A DNA stretch of 64,000 nt from Deltaproteobacteria bacterium (lineage in GTDB: Bacteria > Desulfobacterota > DSM-4660 > Desulfatiglandales > HGW-15), in NCBI GenBank assembly GCA_016931115.1, contig JAFGFM010000149.1:5050-69049 (forward strand). The letters are read 5' to 3'. The translations under genes were made by a program, and so were the position numbers. The notes below the pieces were generated by a model that worked only from the letters and a program-made list of their open reading frames with translations, ran no database searches and was not told the DNA's origin. Shown piece by piece: positions 45,495-55,034 of the stretch. How positions within the stretch are numbered: position 1 is the stretch's first letter; the number at the start of each line of letters is the position of its first letter.

Positions 45495-48400
45495 ATGAAG
45501 ATATCAGGGAGATATAGAATAATCAGAAAGGTTGCAGGGTATGGAGCACTGGTTATTTCCGTGCCTGTCCTAGCCTGCATACTCCTTTTTTCCATGATGC
45601 AGACCAACTATATCAAGGGGGTTTCTGTTAATCTTCTCAACAGATATGTCCTTTCAGAACATGGTATCAGGCTTGAAGCGGGCAGTATAAAGGGGATATT
45701 ACCCTTTAATTTTGTTATCAGCGAGCTTGGCATTCATGACATGAAAGGCAGGTGGATGCACCTCAGTGGGTGTTCCGTGCATATACTCCCTTCAAGGCTT
45801 CTTACAGGCCGCCTTTACATAAAAAAGATCATTGTTGATAAGGTTGTTGTAGAAAGGTTGCCCCACAGGGATGAAGAGCCCGGCAAAAAGGTTTTAGAGG
45901 GTTTTACAATCCCTTCATTTCCTGCATGGATATTGATCGAAGATATTCAGGCCCTTAATATTAACCTTGATAAAACCATAATGGGCCAACCTTCAGAGTA
46001 CTCTCTTTCAGGCGGCATTATTGGCACTGGTGTAAAAGATGTCACATCCTTCAGCCTTGAATTAACCGGCACAAAAGGCCATGCAGGGTCACTTTTATTT
46101 ACCTCCCTGATCAACAGTAATAGTAAATATTTTGAGGCAAGGCTTGTTGTAAGAGACCCTGGCAAGGGCCTGCTTTACTCTCTTACGGGCGCAGGTATTG
46201 ATTTCACCCTTGATTTTGAGGGGAAGGGAACCTTTTCAGACTTTAATGGCAGGCTCAATGCATCAGGCAGTGATGCAGGAGAAATAACCTCTGATATACA
46301 GGTTGAACTGAAAAAGGATTACCTGTTTAATATCTCAGGGGAGTTTAAACCTTCTGACTCCCTTGTGAAGGATATAGGCAGGTGCATACCTGCAAATATA
46401 GTGGGGTTCAGAATAGATGCCGGTCTGACCCGCAAAAAGGAAATATTCTTCAATATGGTTGAAATAAGAACAGGCGAGATGGTCTCAGTATACACAGGCT
46501 CATTTAAGCCTGCTGATCTTTCTGTGGCAGGGGATCTCCATCTGGATATCAAAGATATAAAGTGTCTTGAACAGTATATGGGGGGATATACAGCCCGCGG
46601 ATTAAAAGTTGAAGGCAGGTTAAAAGGTAAACTCTTCAGACCTGATATTGATCTGACTTATCGTGCAGCTGAGCTTGCGGATGAGGATGTAAAGCTCCTT
46701 GATATAAGCGGGACAGGGCGAATAAGGTTCACGGATGAAAAAGATCATGCCTCAAACATAGCTTTATCCGGGAGCGGTTCCATTGGTGAGATCCTGATTG
46801 TTTCAGGAGATAAAAAAAACCATGATAAAAAGGTCTCTTATGGATTTAATCTGCTGAACAGGGCTGGCAGGAGAGTGGAAGCGGAAATGGTTAAGGTTGA
46901 ATCTGAAAAGTTTATAATCCATGCATCAGGAGCCATGGATTTTCTCAATAATAATCTGATTCTTAAAGGCGATGGAAAAATATCAGCCCAGGTGCACAGG
47001 GGAGAATACAGCCTTGAGGCTGTGTCAGAATTTGCTGTTTCAGAGAGTGATATCTCATTTGAGAATTTTGCTATATCCGGCATGGAGACCAGGATTAATG
47101 GGAACATAAACTACAGCAGGGTGAAACATATATTAAACGGCATGATTTATGTTTCAGCGGATGATCTCTCGGAAATAACCTCTCTGTCAGGCTACAAAAC
47201 AACAGGTGCAGCGTCAGGAGAGGTTCTGTTCACTGAAGAAAATGAAGACCAGAGAGTGGAATTTCACCTCTCTGCAGAGGATGTAGAGTATAAAGAGAAC
47301 CTTGTAGAGGGTATAGATATAACAGGCCATGTATCTGATATGTTCGGCTCTCCCTATTTCATGCTTAAGACATCTCTCAGTGAATATAATTATAAGGGGG
47401 CTGAGCTTGAAAAAGTAGATATAACTGCCAGCGGCAGAAAAGAGGAGACCCGGATTCTTTTTAAAGGCAAGGTTCGTGCCCCCCTTGAAACACTCTTTGA
47501 GGCAGAGGCGACATTTGCTGATACTGGCGGGGAAAAAGAAGCGGGGCTGACCACCCTTATGATCTCATACGGTGAAACCCGTATAACACTTATGGAACCT
47601 TTAATGGTGCACTATTCAAATGATGAGGCGCTTATCAGGGAAATCAATATTGGTGTTGATACAGGGAAGATCACTGGTTTTATGGATTATTCCACTGGAG
47701 GGATGCATGGGGATATTCATATTGAAAAGATGCCTCTATCCCTCCTCTCCCTTGCAGGCGTAAATGACCTTGAAGGAGCGATGGATGGAAAAATCACTAT
47801 TGGCGGTACACCTGTCATGCCTGATATATCAGGCAGCATGGATATCAGCGGTGTCAGGATAAAGGAGATAAAAAACAGCAGGGTCCCGCCTGTTGATATC
47901 AGTACATCTTTTCTTATAAATAGCGAGTCCATGTCAGGAGAGCTAAGCCTTCAGGGGTTATCCGGCACCTCTATTAGGGGCATGATGAGGGTCCCATGCA
48001 GTTTCTCAATCTATCCCTTCATGTTTGATACTGATGATGACGCCCCGCTAAATGGAGGCCTTAAAGGGGAGTTTGACCTTGCAGCCATTACATCCCTGTT
48101 TGATATCCATGATCAGATGGTCAAAGGGAGGCTTGTTGCTGATTTTGAGATAAGCGGGCTCTACACCTCTCCGCTTATAACAGGCAGGGCTCTCCTTTCA
48201 GAGGGTGGCTATGAGAACACAGGCATGGGTATTGTCCTTAACAATATCAGGGCTGATTTATCTGCGGACAGGGGCGAAATTATTGTTCATCATATTTCAG
48301 CTGATGACGGATCAAAAGGAGAGGTAATAGGAAAGGGCCAGATCAGTTTTGATACATTGCAGAGTTTCAGGTATAACCTCTCCATCTCTCTTAAAGAGAT

Positions 48401-49334
48401 GCAGTATGCAGGGAATGATATGCTGAGCTTTACCACCGGAGGAGATGCAGAGATATCAGGGTCATCAGGTGAACACAATATTTCAGGCCGGTTCAATGTT
48501 GAAAAGGCGGATATACAGATCCCTGAAAAGCTGCCCTATGCGATCACTGATATTGAAATAAGGGAGATCAATATAAAGAACAGGCCTGTAACTGAAAAGG
48601 CTGCTAAGAGACCTGAGAAGAGCAGGGTCAATTTTAATATATCAATATCGAGCAGCGGCAGGGTCTATATTTACGGCAGGGGGCTGGAATCGGAATGGAA
48701 GGGCGATCTTAATATAAAAGGAACAGCAGGTGCCCCTGTTTTAAGCGGTGAACTTACTCTTGTAAGGGGGAATTACAACTTCCTTTCAAGGCCTTTTATA
48801 CTTACCCGGGGGACAGTCGTTTTTTCAGGGAAATCACCCCCTGAGCCATATTTTGAGGTGACTGGCAGGGCCGTTAACAATAATATCTCTGCCTATGTGA
48901 ACCTGAGAGGGAATATTAAATCACCGGTCTTCACACTCTATTCAGAACCTGCCCTGCCGCAGGATGAGATCATGGCAAGAATACTGTTTGACAGGGAGGT
49001 ATCACAGATTACACCCATACAGGCGCTGCAGCTTGCAGGGGCCGTAAACGAGATGATGGGGAAAAAGGGCTTTGACCCTCTGGCCTATACCCGAAATCTC
49101 ATAGGAGTGGACTGGCTGCAGGTAAAACAGTCAGAGGAAAGCCCCGGAGAATCAGCCTTAAGTGCAGGAAAATATCTGGGGGATAGTATTTATGTGGAGA
49201 TTGAAAAGGGTATAAGCGCTGAAAGCGGAAAGGTCTCGGTTAGATGGGAGCTCTCACCCAGCATAACAGTTGATACCAGTGTGGGAGAAAATGGTGATAC
49301 AGAAACGGGTATTAATGTTAAACATGATTACTGA
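45495..49334 (+). CDS. tamB: Translocation and assembly module protein TamB (DUF490)
   Basis: 1279 aa, N-terminal signal-anchor, long beta-rich body, and a DUF490-type C-terminus (LSAGKYLGDSIYVEIEKG...). Confidence 0.8.
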   Translation: MKISGRYRIIRKVAGYGALVISVPVLACILLFSMMQTNYIKGVSVNLLNRYVLSEHGIRLEAGSIKGILPFNFVISELGIHDMKGRWMHLSGCSVHILPSRLLTGRLYIKKIIVDKVVVERLPHRDEEPGKKVLEGFTIPSFPAWILIEDIQALNINLDKTIMGQPSEYSLSGGIIGTGVKDVTSFSLELTGTKGHAGSLLFTSLINSNSKYFEARLVVRDPGKGLLYSLTGAGIDFTLDFEGKGTFSDFNGRLNASGSDAGEITSDIQVELKKDYLFNISGEFKPSDSLVKDIGRCIPANIVGFRIDAGLTRKKEIFFNMVEIRTGEMVSVYTGSFKPADLSVAGDLHLDIKDIKCLEQYMGGYTARGLKVEGRLKGKLFRPDIDLTYRAAELADEDVKLLDISGTGRIRFTDEKDHASNIALSGSGSIGEILIVSGDKKNHDKKVSYGFNLLNRAGRRVEAEMVKVESEKFIIHASGAMDFLNNNLILKGDGKISAQVHRGEYSLEAVSEFAVSESDISFENFAISGMETRINGNINYSRVKHILNGMIYVSADDLSEITSLSGYKTTGAASGEVLFTEENEDQRVEFHLSAEDVEYKENLVEGIDITGHVSDMFGSPYFMLKTSLSEYNYKGAELEKVDITASGRKEETRILFKGKVRAPLETLFEAEATFADTGGEKEAGLTTLMISYGETRITLMEPLMVHYSNDEALIREINIGVDTGKITGFMDYSTGGMHGDIHIEKMPLSLLSLAGVNDLEGAMDGKITIGGTPVMPDISGSMDISGVRIKEIKNSRVPPVDISTSFLINSESMSGELSLQGLSGTSIRGMMRVPCSFSIYPFMFDTDDDAPLNGGLKGEFDLAAITSLFDIHDQMVKGRLVADFEISGLYTSPLITGRALLSEGGYENTGMGIVLNNIRADLSADRGEIIVHHISADDGSKGEVIGKGQISFDTLQSFRYNLSISLKEMQYAGNDMLSFTTGGDAEISGSSGEHNISGRFNVEKADIQIPEKLPYAITDIEIREINIKNRPVTEKAAKRPEKSRVNFNISISSSGRVYIYGRGLESEWKGDLNIKGTAGAPVLSGELTLVRGNYNFLSRPFILTRGTVVFSGKSPPEPYFEVTGRAVNNNISAYVNLRGNIKSPVFTLYSEPALPQDEIMARILFDREVSQITPIQALQLAGAVNEMMGKKGFDPLAYTRNLIGVDWLQVKQSEESPGESALSAGKYLGDSIYVEIEKGISAESGKVSVRWELSPSITVDTSVGENGDTETGINVKHDY

Positions 49335-49428
49335 TGCAATATCAATTTTTATTAAGCGAAATCTGTTGACGGGCATATTTTTATTCATTAAGTTTCCACT
49401 GAAATTTTATTATGACAAGACATAAACC

Positions 49429-49986
49429 ATGGTACAAAATTCCCGAATTGCCTATATAAAAAGGCAGTTAAAATATTTTTATCTCAGGCTGTTGCACCTC
49501 AAGGGCGAACCCCATGAGCTTGCGCTTGGTATGGCTATCGGTGTTTTTTCAGGTATGATGCCGATACTCCCCTTTCAGATTGCCCTTGCAGTGGCCCTTG
49601 CCCTCTGTTTTAAGGCAAGTAAAATAACTGCCGCCATTGGAACCTGGGCAAGCAACCCCCTGAACTGGTACTTTATTTACCTGTATGACTACAAGCTGGG
49701 GGCCTATCTGCTTGGCCTTGAGGGGGGGCATGAAATAATAAAGAAGGTCATGGCTGCAATAAATCGCCATGATGAGATATCTGTCATCTGGAACACACTC
49801 TTTTCTTCAGGGGCTGCCATTGTTACCGCGCTGCTGATAGGTGGGATTATAATCGGCACAATAACCGCTGTCCCCACTTATCTTGTTTTTATATGGCTCT
49901 TCCGGAAGATAAGGGAATGGCGGCAAAAGAGAAAAGAAAAAAAGGCAGCAAGGGTATACAAAAAAATCAAAAAGGGGCAAAGCTAA
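49429..49986 (+). CDS. DUF2062 membrane protein
   Basis: GMAIGVFSGMMPILPFQIALAVALA ... NPLNW motif region. Confidence 0.65.
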   Translation: MVQNSRIAYIKRQLKYFYLRLLHLKGEPHELALGMAIGVFSGMMPILPFQIALAVALALCFKASKITAAIGTWASNPLNWYFIYLYDYKLGAYLLGLEGGHEIIKKVMAAINRHDEISVIWNTLFSSGAAIVTALLIGGIIIGTITAVPTYLVFIWLFRKIREWRQKRKEKKAARVYKKIKKGQS

Positions 49987-50097
49987 CAGGGTAACGGTTC
50001 AACCTTTACAAAAAAAAGGTAGAAAAAAGAAGGTATTGAATCATTCTTTAGCATGTAATATAGTCTCTGAGGTTTTCATTCTACAGGAGGTTTTCCC

Positions 50098-51840
50098 ATG
50101 AATGTACTCTGGTTTCTTATTGGCGCACTGCTTTTCACAGTGCTGGGATACAGGTTTTATTCGGGTCGCATAGCACGGATACTCGGTGAAGATAAACAGA
50201 GGGTCACACCTGCATGCGAATTTAATGACGGTATTGACTACTGCCCAACCAAGGGGCAGGTGGTATTTGCCCACCATTTTGCATCAATAGCCGGTGCAGG
50301 GCCTATTATAGGCCCGACCATGGCGATCATGTATGGCACTGTTCCGGTCTGGCTGTGGGTAGTTATAGGCGGGATATTTTTCGGTGCGGTTCATGATTAT
50401 GTGACACTTTTTGTATCCATAAGGGAGAGGGGCAGGTCCATAGCTGAGATAGCTCGAAAATCCCTTGGTGACCTGGGCTTCGGGCTCATGATTGCCTTTA
50501 CCATCGTAATGATACTGCTTGTCACATCTGCATTTCTGGTGGCCTCTGCAACCTCCCTCACCTCGCTTGTCTCCCTTGAGCAGATGAAACTGGCATCTGA
50601 TCAGGCAATACTGAAGACGGTTATAAAGGATGGCGCTGCCTTTGGAAGAATCGGGGGGATAGCCTCAACCTCTGTTATTGTCATAACCCTGTTGGCACCG
50701 ATAATAGGTTTTATGAATTATAAGAAGAATGTATCTCTTGGCATTACCGTCCCCTTTGCCATTCTTGTCTGTATAATCTCAATCGTGATAGGCCTCTGGG
50801 TGCCCATTTCACTTGATGTCAATCTCTGGATGATTGTGCTGAGCCTCTACACCCTTGTTGCCGCCGGTGTGCCGGTCTGGATACTGCTTCAGCCAAGGGA
50901 TTTCAGCAATGTATTTATTCTCTATGCAGGGCTCATACTGCTTGTTGCAGGTACAATAGGCGCCGGTATACAGGGTGTTACTGCTGTGGCGCCCGCCTTC
51001 AATATTGCAGGAGGGGCATCAGCGCCCGCACTGGGGCTTATCTGGCCCTTCCTGTTTATTACTGTTGCCTGCGGGGCCATTTCCGGGTTTCATGCGCTCG
51101 TGGCCGGAGGTACTGTTTCAAAACAGGTCACATGCGAACCCCATGCGCGTGTTATAGGCTATGGCGGCATGCTCCTTGAAACCATGCTTGCAGTTGGTGT
51201 GATTATCGCCCTTTCTGTAGGAATCCCATTTGATGAATATATCCATATAGTTCACCCGGAAACCGGCAGTTCAAACCCCATACTGGCATTTGCACTGGCC
51301 ATGAGCGGGCTTATGCATAAGGGGCTTAATGTCCCTATGGTTTACGGCACGGTCTTTGGCATACTCATGGTGGAGGGATTTGTGGCAACCACCCTTGATA
51401 CAGCGGTGCGTATAAACCGCTATCTGTTTGAAGAATTGTGGGCAATTTTATTTAAACCCCCCCCGAAATGGTTAAGGTCATATATCTTTAATTCCTCATT
51501 ATCAGTAGCCCTCATGCTGATACTGGCATTTACCAATGCATTCAGCGCTATCTGGCCAATTTTCGGGACAGCGAATCAGCTTCTGGCTGCCCTGACCCTG
51601 ATAACCCTGGCTGCATGGCTTGCGGCAAACCGGAAAAAGAACGGGTTTCTCCTGTTGCCGGCAGCATTTATGATAATCACAACCATCTTTGCCCTGATCT
51701 TTCTTGCTGAGCGATATTTTTCCAAAGGGAATTATATCCTGCTTTTGGCCGATATAGTGATGATACTGCTGTCAGCAGGTCTGATAGGGGTGGCAGTAAA
51801 GACATTTTTTAAAAAAGAAAAGAAAATAGAGAGAGATTAA
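50098..51840 (+). CDS. cstA: Carbon starvation protein CstA family transporter
   Basis: 580 aa, polytopic. HFASIAGAGPIIGP signature. AGGAGG SD. Confidence 0.9.
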   Translation: MNVLWFLIGALLFTVLGYRFYSGRIARILGEDKQRVTPACEFNDGIDYCPTKGQVVFAHHFASIAGAGPIIGPTMAIMYGTVPVWLWVVIGGIFFGAVHDYVTLFVSIRERGRSIAEIARKSLGDLGFGLMIAFTIVMILLVTSAFLVASATSLTSLVSLEQMKLASDQAILKTVIKDGAAFGRIGGIASTSVIVITLLAPIIGFMNYKKNVSLGITVPFAILVCIISIVIGLWVPISLDVNLWMIVLSLYTLVAAGVPVWILLQPRDFSNVFILYAGLILLVAGTIGAGIQGVTAVAPAFNIAGGASAPALGLIWPFLFITVACGAISGFHALVAGGTVSKQVTCEPHARVIGYGGMLLETMLAVGVIIALSVGIPFDEYIHIVHPETGSSNPILAFALAMSGLMHKGLNVPMVYGTVFGILMVEGFVATTLDTAVRINRYLFEELWAILFKPPPKWLRSYIFNSSLSVALMLILAFTNAFSAIWPIFGTANQLLAALTLITLAAWLAANRKKNGFLLLPAAFMIITTIFALIFLAERYFSKGNYILLLADIVMILLSAGLIGVAVKTFFKKEKKIERD

Positions 51841-51875
51841 TTATATCAACAGTATGAATTTTTGGATTATAAAAG

Positions 51876-51909
51876 AGCCCTGATATCTGCTTTTGTCAGG
51901 GCTTTTTTA
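51876..51909 (+). terminator. Rho-independent terminator of cstA
   Basis: AGCCCTGA / TCAGGGCT stem, 12-nt loop, then TTTTTT. Confidence 0.7.
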
Positions 51910-52119
51910 AAGCAGGGTATAAAGGCATCATCAAATTTTATCATGCCTTGACATATTAATTTATTCTGGTAGCATTGCACAGGCAAATTGCCCTATTGCT
52001 AAGATCAGTATTGCCGGACAAATTGTCCGGGCAGCCTGAAAAAGGCAAAATATGGTGTTAAACTGATCAATATAGTTAAATGGGTGTTTTACGAACATTT
52101 TTTTAAACGAGGTTATAAT

Positions 52120-53475
52120 ATGAAGATTAAGACTGCACTTTTCTCATTGATTATTTGCGCGCTCTTTTCGTTCCTCATGGTTTCGGGTTCATCCAGCACA
52201 GAAGGAAACAAAAGGATAGTACTGGCTTACAGCAATAATGTTGAGGGGTATCTTGAACCATGCGGGTGAGCTGAAACCGGTGAGATGCTCGGTGGGCTCT
52301 ATAAAAAAACAACATACCTTAATGAATACAGGAAAACCGAAAAAAATCTTGTTGTTGTGGATTCCGGTGACCTGCTTAATGAACATACCCAGATTAAAGA
52401 ATCATTCATTGCCACTGCAAAACTTAAGGGTGAATTGATTACCAAGATCCAAAAAAATATTGGGATTGATGCAATCAATGTAGGTGAACTTGAGCTGGCC
52501 CTTGGCCTGGATTACATCAAGGATATTGAGAAAAAATATGATGTGCCATTTGTTTCAGCCAATATTGTCAATGATAAAAAGGAGCTTGTGTTCAAGCCAT
52601 ATGTGATCAAAAACATAGACAATATCAAGGTCGGTATAATCGGCATCATGGGAACCACACCTGATGTGGTAAAACCATTTGAGGAGATCGTCGGGTCTAC
52701 ATTATCTGTCCTTGACCCAATAGAAACCGTAACAGCAAAGGTTGCTGAACTCAGGGACAAGGTGGATTTTGTTATTGTCCTGACACATCAGCACATGGGC
52801 CGCAACTGGATCATTGCCAGAAAGATAAACGGCGTTGATGTTATTGTGGGCGGTCACCACAAACAGAAACTTGAAACCCCATATGAGGCTAATAATACCT
52901 ATATAGTACAGGCTGGTGAGAAGGGACAGCATCAGGGCATGCTCGTTATCGAAAAGGCTGCTGATGGCACAAAGACAGTCACAAACAAACTTGTCTCTAT
53001 GAGCGACAAGATTGCCGATGACCCAAAGGTCAAAGGCATGATTGATGAATACAACATGGAGGTTAATAAACTCTATACCTCTGGGCCTATTGTGAAAGAT
53101 GAGGCTGTAACTTTAAGATCCGCGTCATGTAATGACTGCCACAGTGATGCCTACGAGATCTGGCAGAAGACCGATCATGCAAAGGCATTCCAGACACTTA
53201 TTAATAAGGACAGGCAATTCAATCCTGACTGTCTTGTATGTCATACAACCCGTTTTGAGGAGGCAGGCGGTTTCACCATGAAGGCACAGGAAAAGGAGCT
53301 TAGAAATGTCCAGTGCGAATCATGTCATGGTGACAAGACTGAGCATCTGAATGATCCAAGTGTTGTGTCACAGGCAAAACCAGGCGTTGAGACCTGTTTG
53401 AGATGCCACACTGAGCACAGGTGCCCTGATTTTGAGAAGGAATATCAAAAGGAATGGGAGCAGATTAAACACTAG
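52120..53475 (+). CDS. Periplasmic UshA/5'-nucleotidase-like protein fused to a tetrahaem cytochrome c; candidate selenoprotein (in-frame TGA at 52267..52269)
   Basis: Track ORFs 52084..52269 and 52285..53475 share one frame and are separated only by a TGA. Signal peptide from ATG 52120 (GAGG SD). Metallophosphoesterase/5'-nucleotidase-like body. C-terminal CNDCH, CLVCH, CESCH and CLRCH. Confidence 0.6.
52283..52300 (+). promoter_or_regulatory. SECIS-like hairpin downstream of UGA 52267
   Basis: AGA(U)GCUC-GGU-GGGC-UCU: 3 bp, a bulged U, 4 bp (one G-U), and a GGU apical loop 21 nt after the UGA. Confidence 0.45.
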
Positions 53476-53510
53476 AATCTGGCTAAAGCCATTCATATCT
53501 GTATAAACAA

Positions 53511-53544
53511 AGAGACCCTGTCCAATGGACAGGGTCTCTTTTTA
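53511..53544. terminator. Strong rho-independent terminator between convergent genes
   Basis: AGAGACCCTGTCC-AAT-GGACAGGGTCTCT (13-bp perfect stem), followed by TTTTT. Confidence 0.8.
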
Positions 53545-53584
53545 TAACCCGATTATTTATCCTCTTATTTTCAGATATTGTTAA

Positions 53585-53628
53585 CCATTAACCATTCACA
53601 ATTCACCATTTACCATTTACCATTTACC
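53585..53628 (-). repeat. Heptad array CCATTTA on + (GGUAAAU in the sense of the upstream minus-strand gene)
   Basis: CCATTAA CCATTCA CAATTCA CCATTTA CCATTTA CCATTTA CC. Starts 12 nt beyond the stop of the CheZ-like gene. Confidence 0.85.
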
Positions 53629-53639
53629 GCAAATCTTTT

Positions 53640-54671
53640 TTACAGCCCCAGGCTTGAGAGCAGGTCATCAACATCATCCTGTCTGGCAAGTCCCTTCGTC
53701 CCGCTTCGTTCATAACCTGTCATTAACTGATTATTTTTATCCTTATCAATATTATGCCAGTTCAGTTTGAGTTTCTGTGCAATCTTGGTTATCTGATTCT
53801 GAAATGTCTCTATGGTTGGTATTATTTTCAGGAGCTGCTGGCCGATCCTGTCCTGTATCTGCTGTGTGCTGTTGAGGTTGAGGCTCTGTCTGTTTATAAA
53901 ATCCAGCTTGTCCATGAGGTTCTCTATGTGTTCAATGACAAGGTTGTTCGATGAGTCACTGTTGGCCTTTATCTGTAAAATCTTAGCCCTCATTTCCTTT
54001 TCAATATCAAAGAAGTTCTCAACTATTTCAAGAACAGCGTTTGTCTGAGTCTCTGTCTCCGATATGATATTTTCAAGCCTTTTCAGTGCCGTCGGAATAC
54101 TTTCTATATTCGAATGATTCAGGTCATTCTCAAGCTCGGTTGTGGATGTAAGAAAGTGCTGCAACACATCCTTGAGCCCCTCTATTATCTGTGTCTCCTC
54201 GCCCTTATTTTCTGGATTCATCACCCTTGCATGGATTTCCTGTATGGTAAAGAGCCTTCTCTGGGCAATAACCGCTATATCCCTCTGTTCCTGTGTAATA
54301 AGGCCCTGTTCAAGCAGGAATGTACCCAGTACCTTCCCTTCAGGCTTTATGGCAAGCATTTCATCTACGCTCTCCCTGTCAAGGTAAGAGAGGCGGACAA
54401 GGGCCTCACCATAATATTCAACCGGCGGAATCTGGAGATATATCTGCACCGCCTTTACGCTCTGCCTCAGCCCATCTTCATTTCTCATACCCTTTGTTAA
54501 TGCCTCTGCTACAGTATTAATCAAGGGCGCAAGTCGCCTTGTATTTGTACACTGGTCCTGATAGATACAGTACTCAAGAAATAGCTGGGCAGCGATTTCT
54601 GCCTGATCATTTGTATCGTAACTATTTAATATTTCTTTAATGACTGATAATCCGCTTTTGTTTTCCGACAT
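53640..54671 (-). CDS. CheZ-like phosphatase candidate
   Basis: C-terminal QDDVDDLLSSLGL resembles the CheY-binding tail of CheZ (recalled as ...DQVDDLLDSLGF). QQIQDRIGQQL resembles the catalytic FQDLTGQ region. Long helical middle. Confidence 0.5.
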   Translation of the reverse strand: MSENKSGLSVIKEILNSYDTNDQAEIAAQLFLEYCIYQDQCTNTRRLAPLINTVAEALTKGMRNEDGLRQSVKAVQIYLQIPPVEYYGEALVRLSYLDRESVDEMLAIKPEGKVLGTFLLEQGLITQEQRDIAVIAQRRLFTIQEIHARVMNPENKGEETQIIEGLKDVLQHFLTSTTELENDLNHSNIESIPTALKRLENIISETETQTNAVLEIVENFFDIEKEMRAKILQIKANSDSSNNLVIEHIENLMDKLDFINRQSLNLNSTQQIQDRIGQQLLKIIPTIETFQNQITKIAQKLKLNWHNIDKDKNNQLMTGYERSGTKGLARQDDVDDLLSSLGL

Positions 54672-55034
54672 GTCTCAACTCAAAAAAATCACTGTGGCTG
54701 CATTCAACCATTCCATTTTACCGGTTAATAAAAATCTACGTTTTATTTCATTGTATGATTATCGACAGGTAAATAAGGTAACTTAAACAATATTGGAAAT
54801 ACATAAAAATATTTTAAGTTTTTTGAACGAAACTATTTAATCGTATTGATTTTATGAAATTCATAGGGTAAGCTTGCTGAAATTTTTATATTTTAAGGCG
54901 CAAAATATATAACTAATTAGTTTTATATGGGAAATCGTTGTCATTTTCCCCATGTTTGGGGTAAAACAGGCCCCCTGAATATGGATAAATTATTGCGCTT
55001 TGAAAAGCATTCTACAAAATGAAAGGAAACAAAA

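Noticed and set aside
53754-54520. Five overlapping + strand ORFs.
   Set aside because: All are antisense to the CheZ-like gene. They overlap each other in different frames, and none has a recognisable motif.
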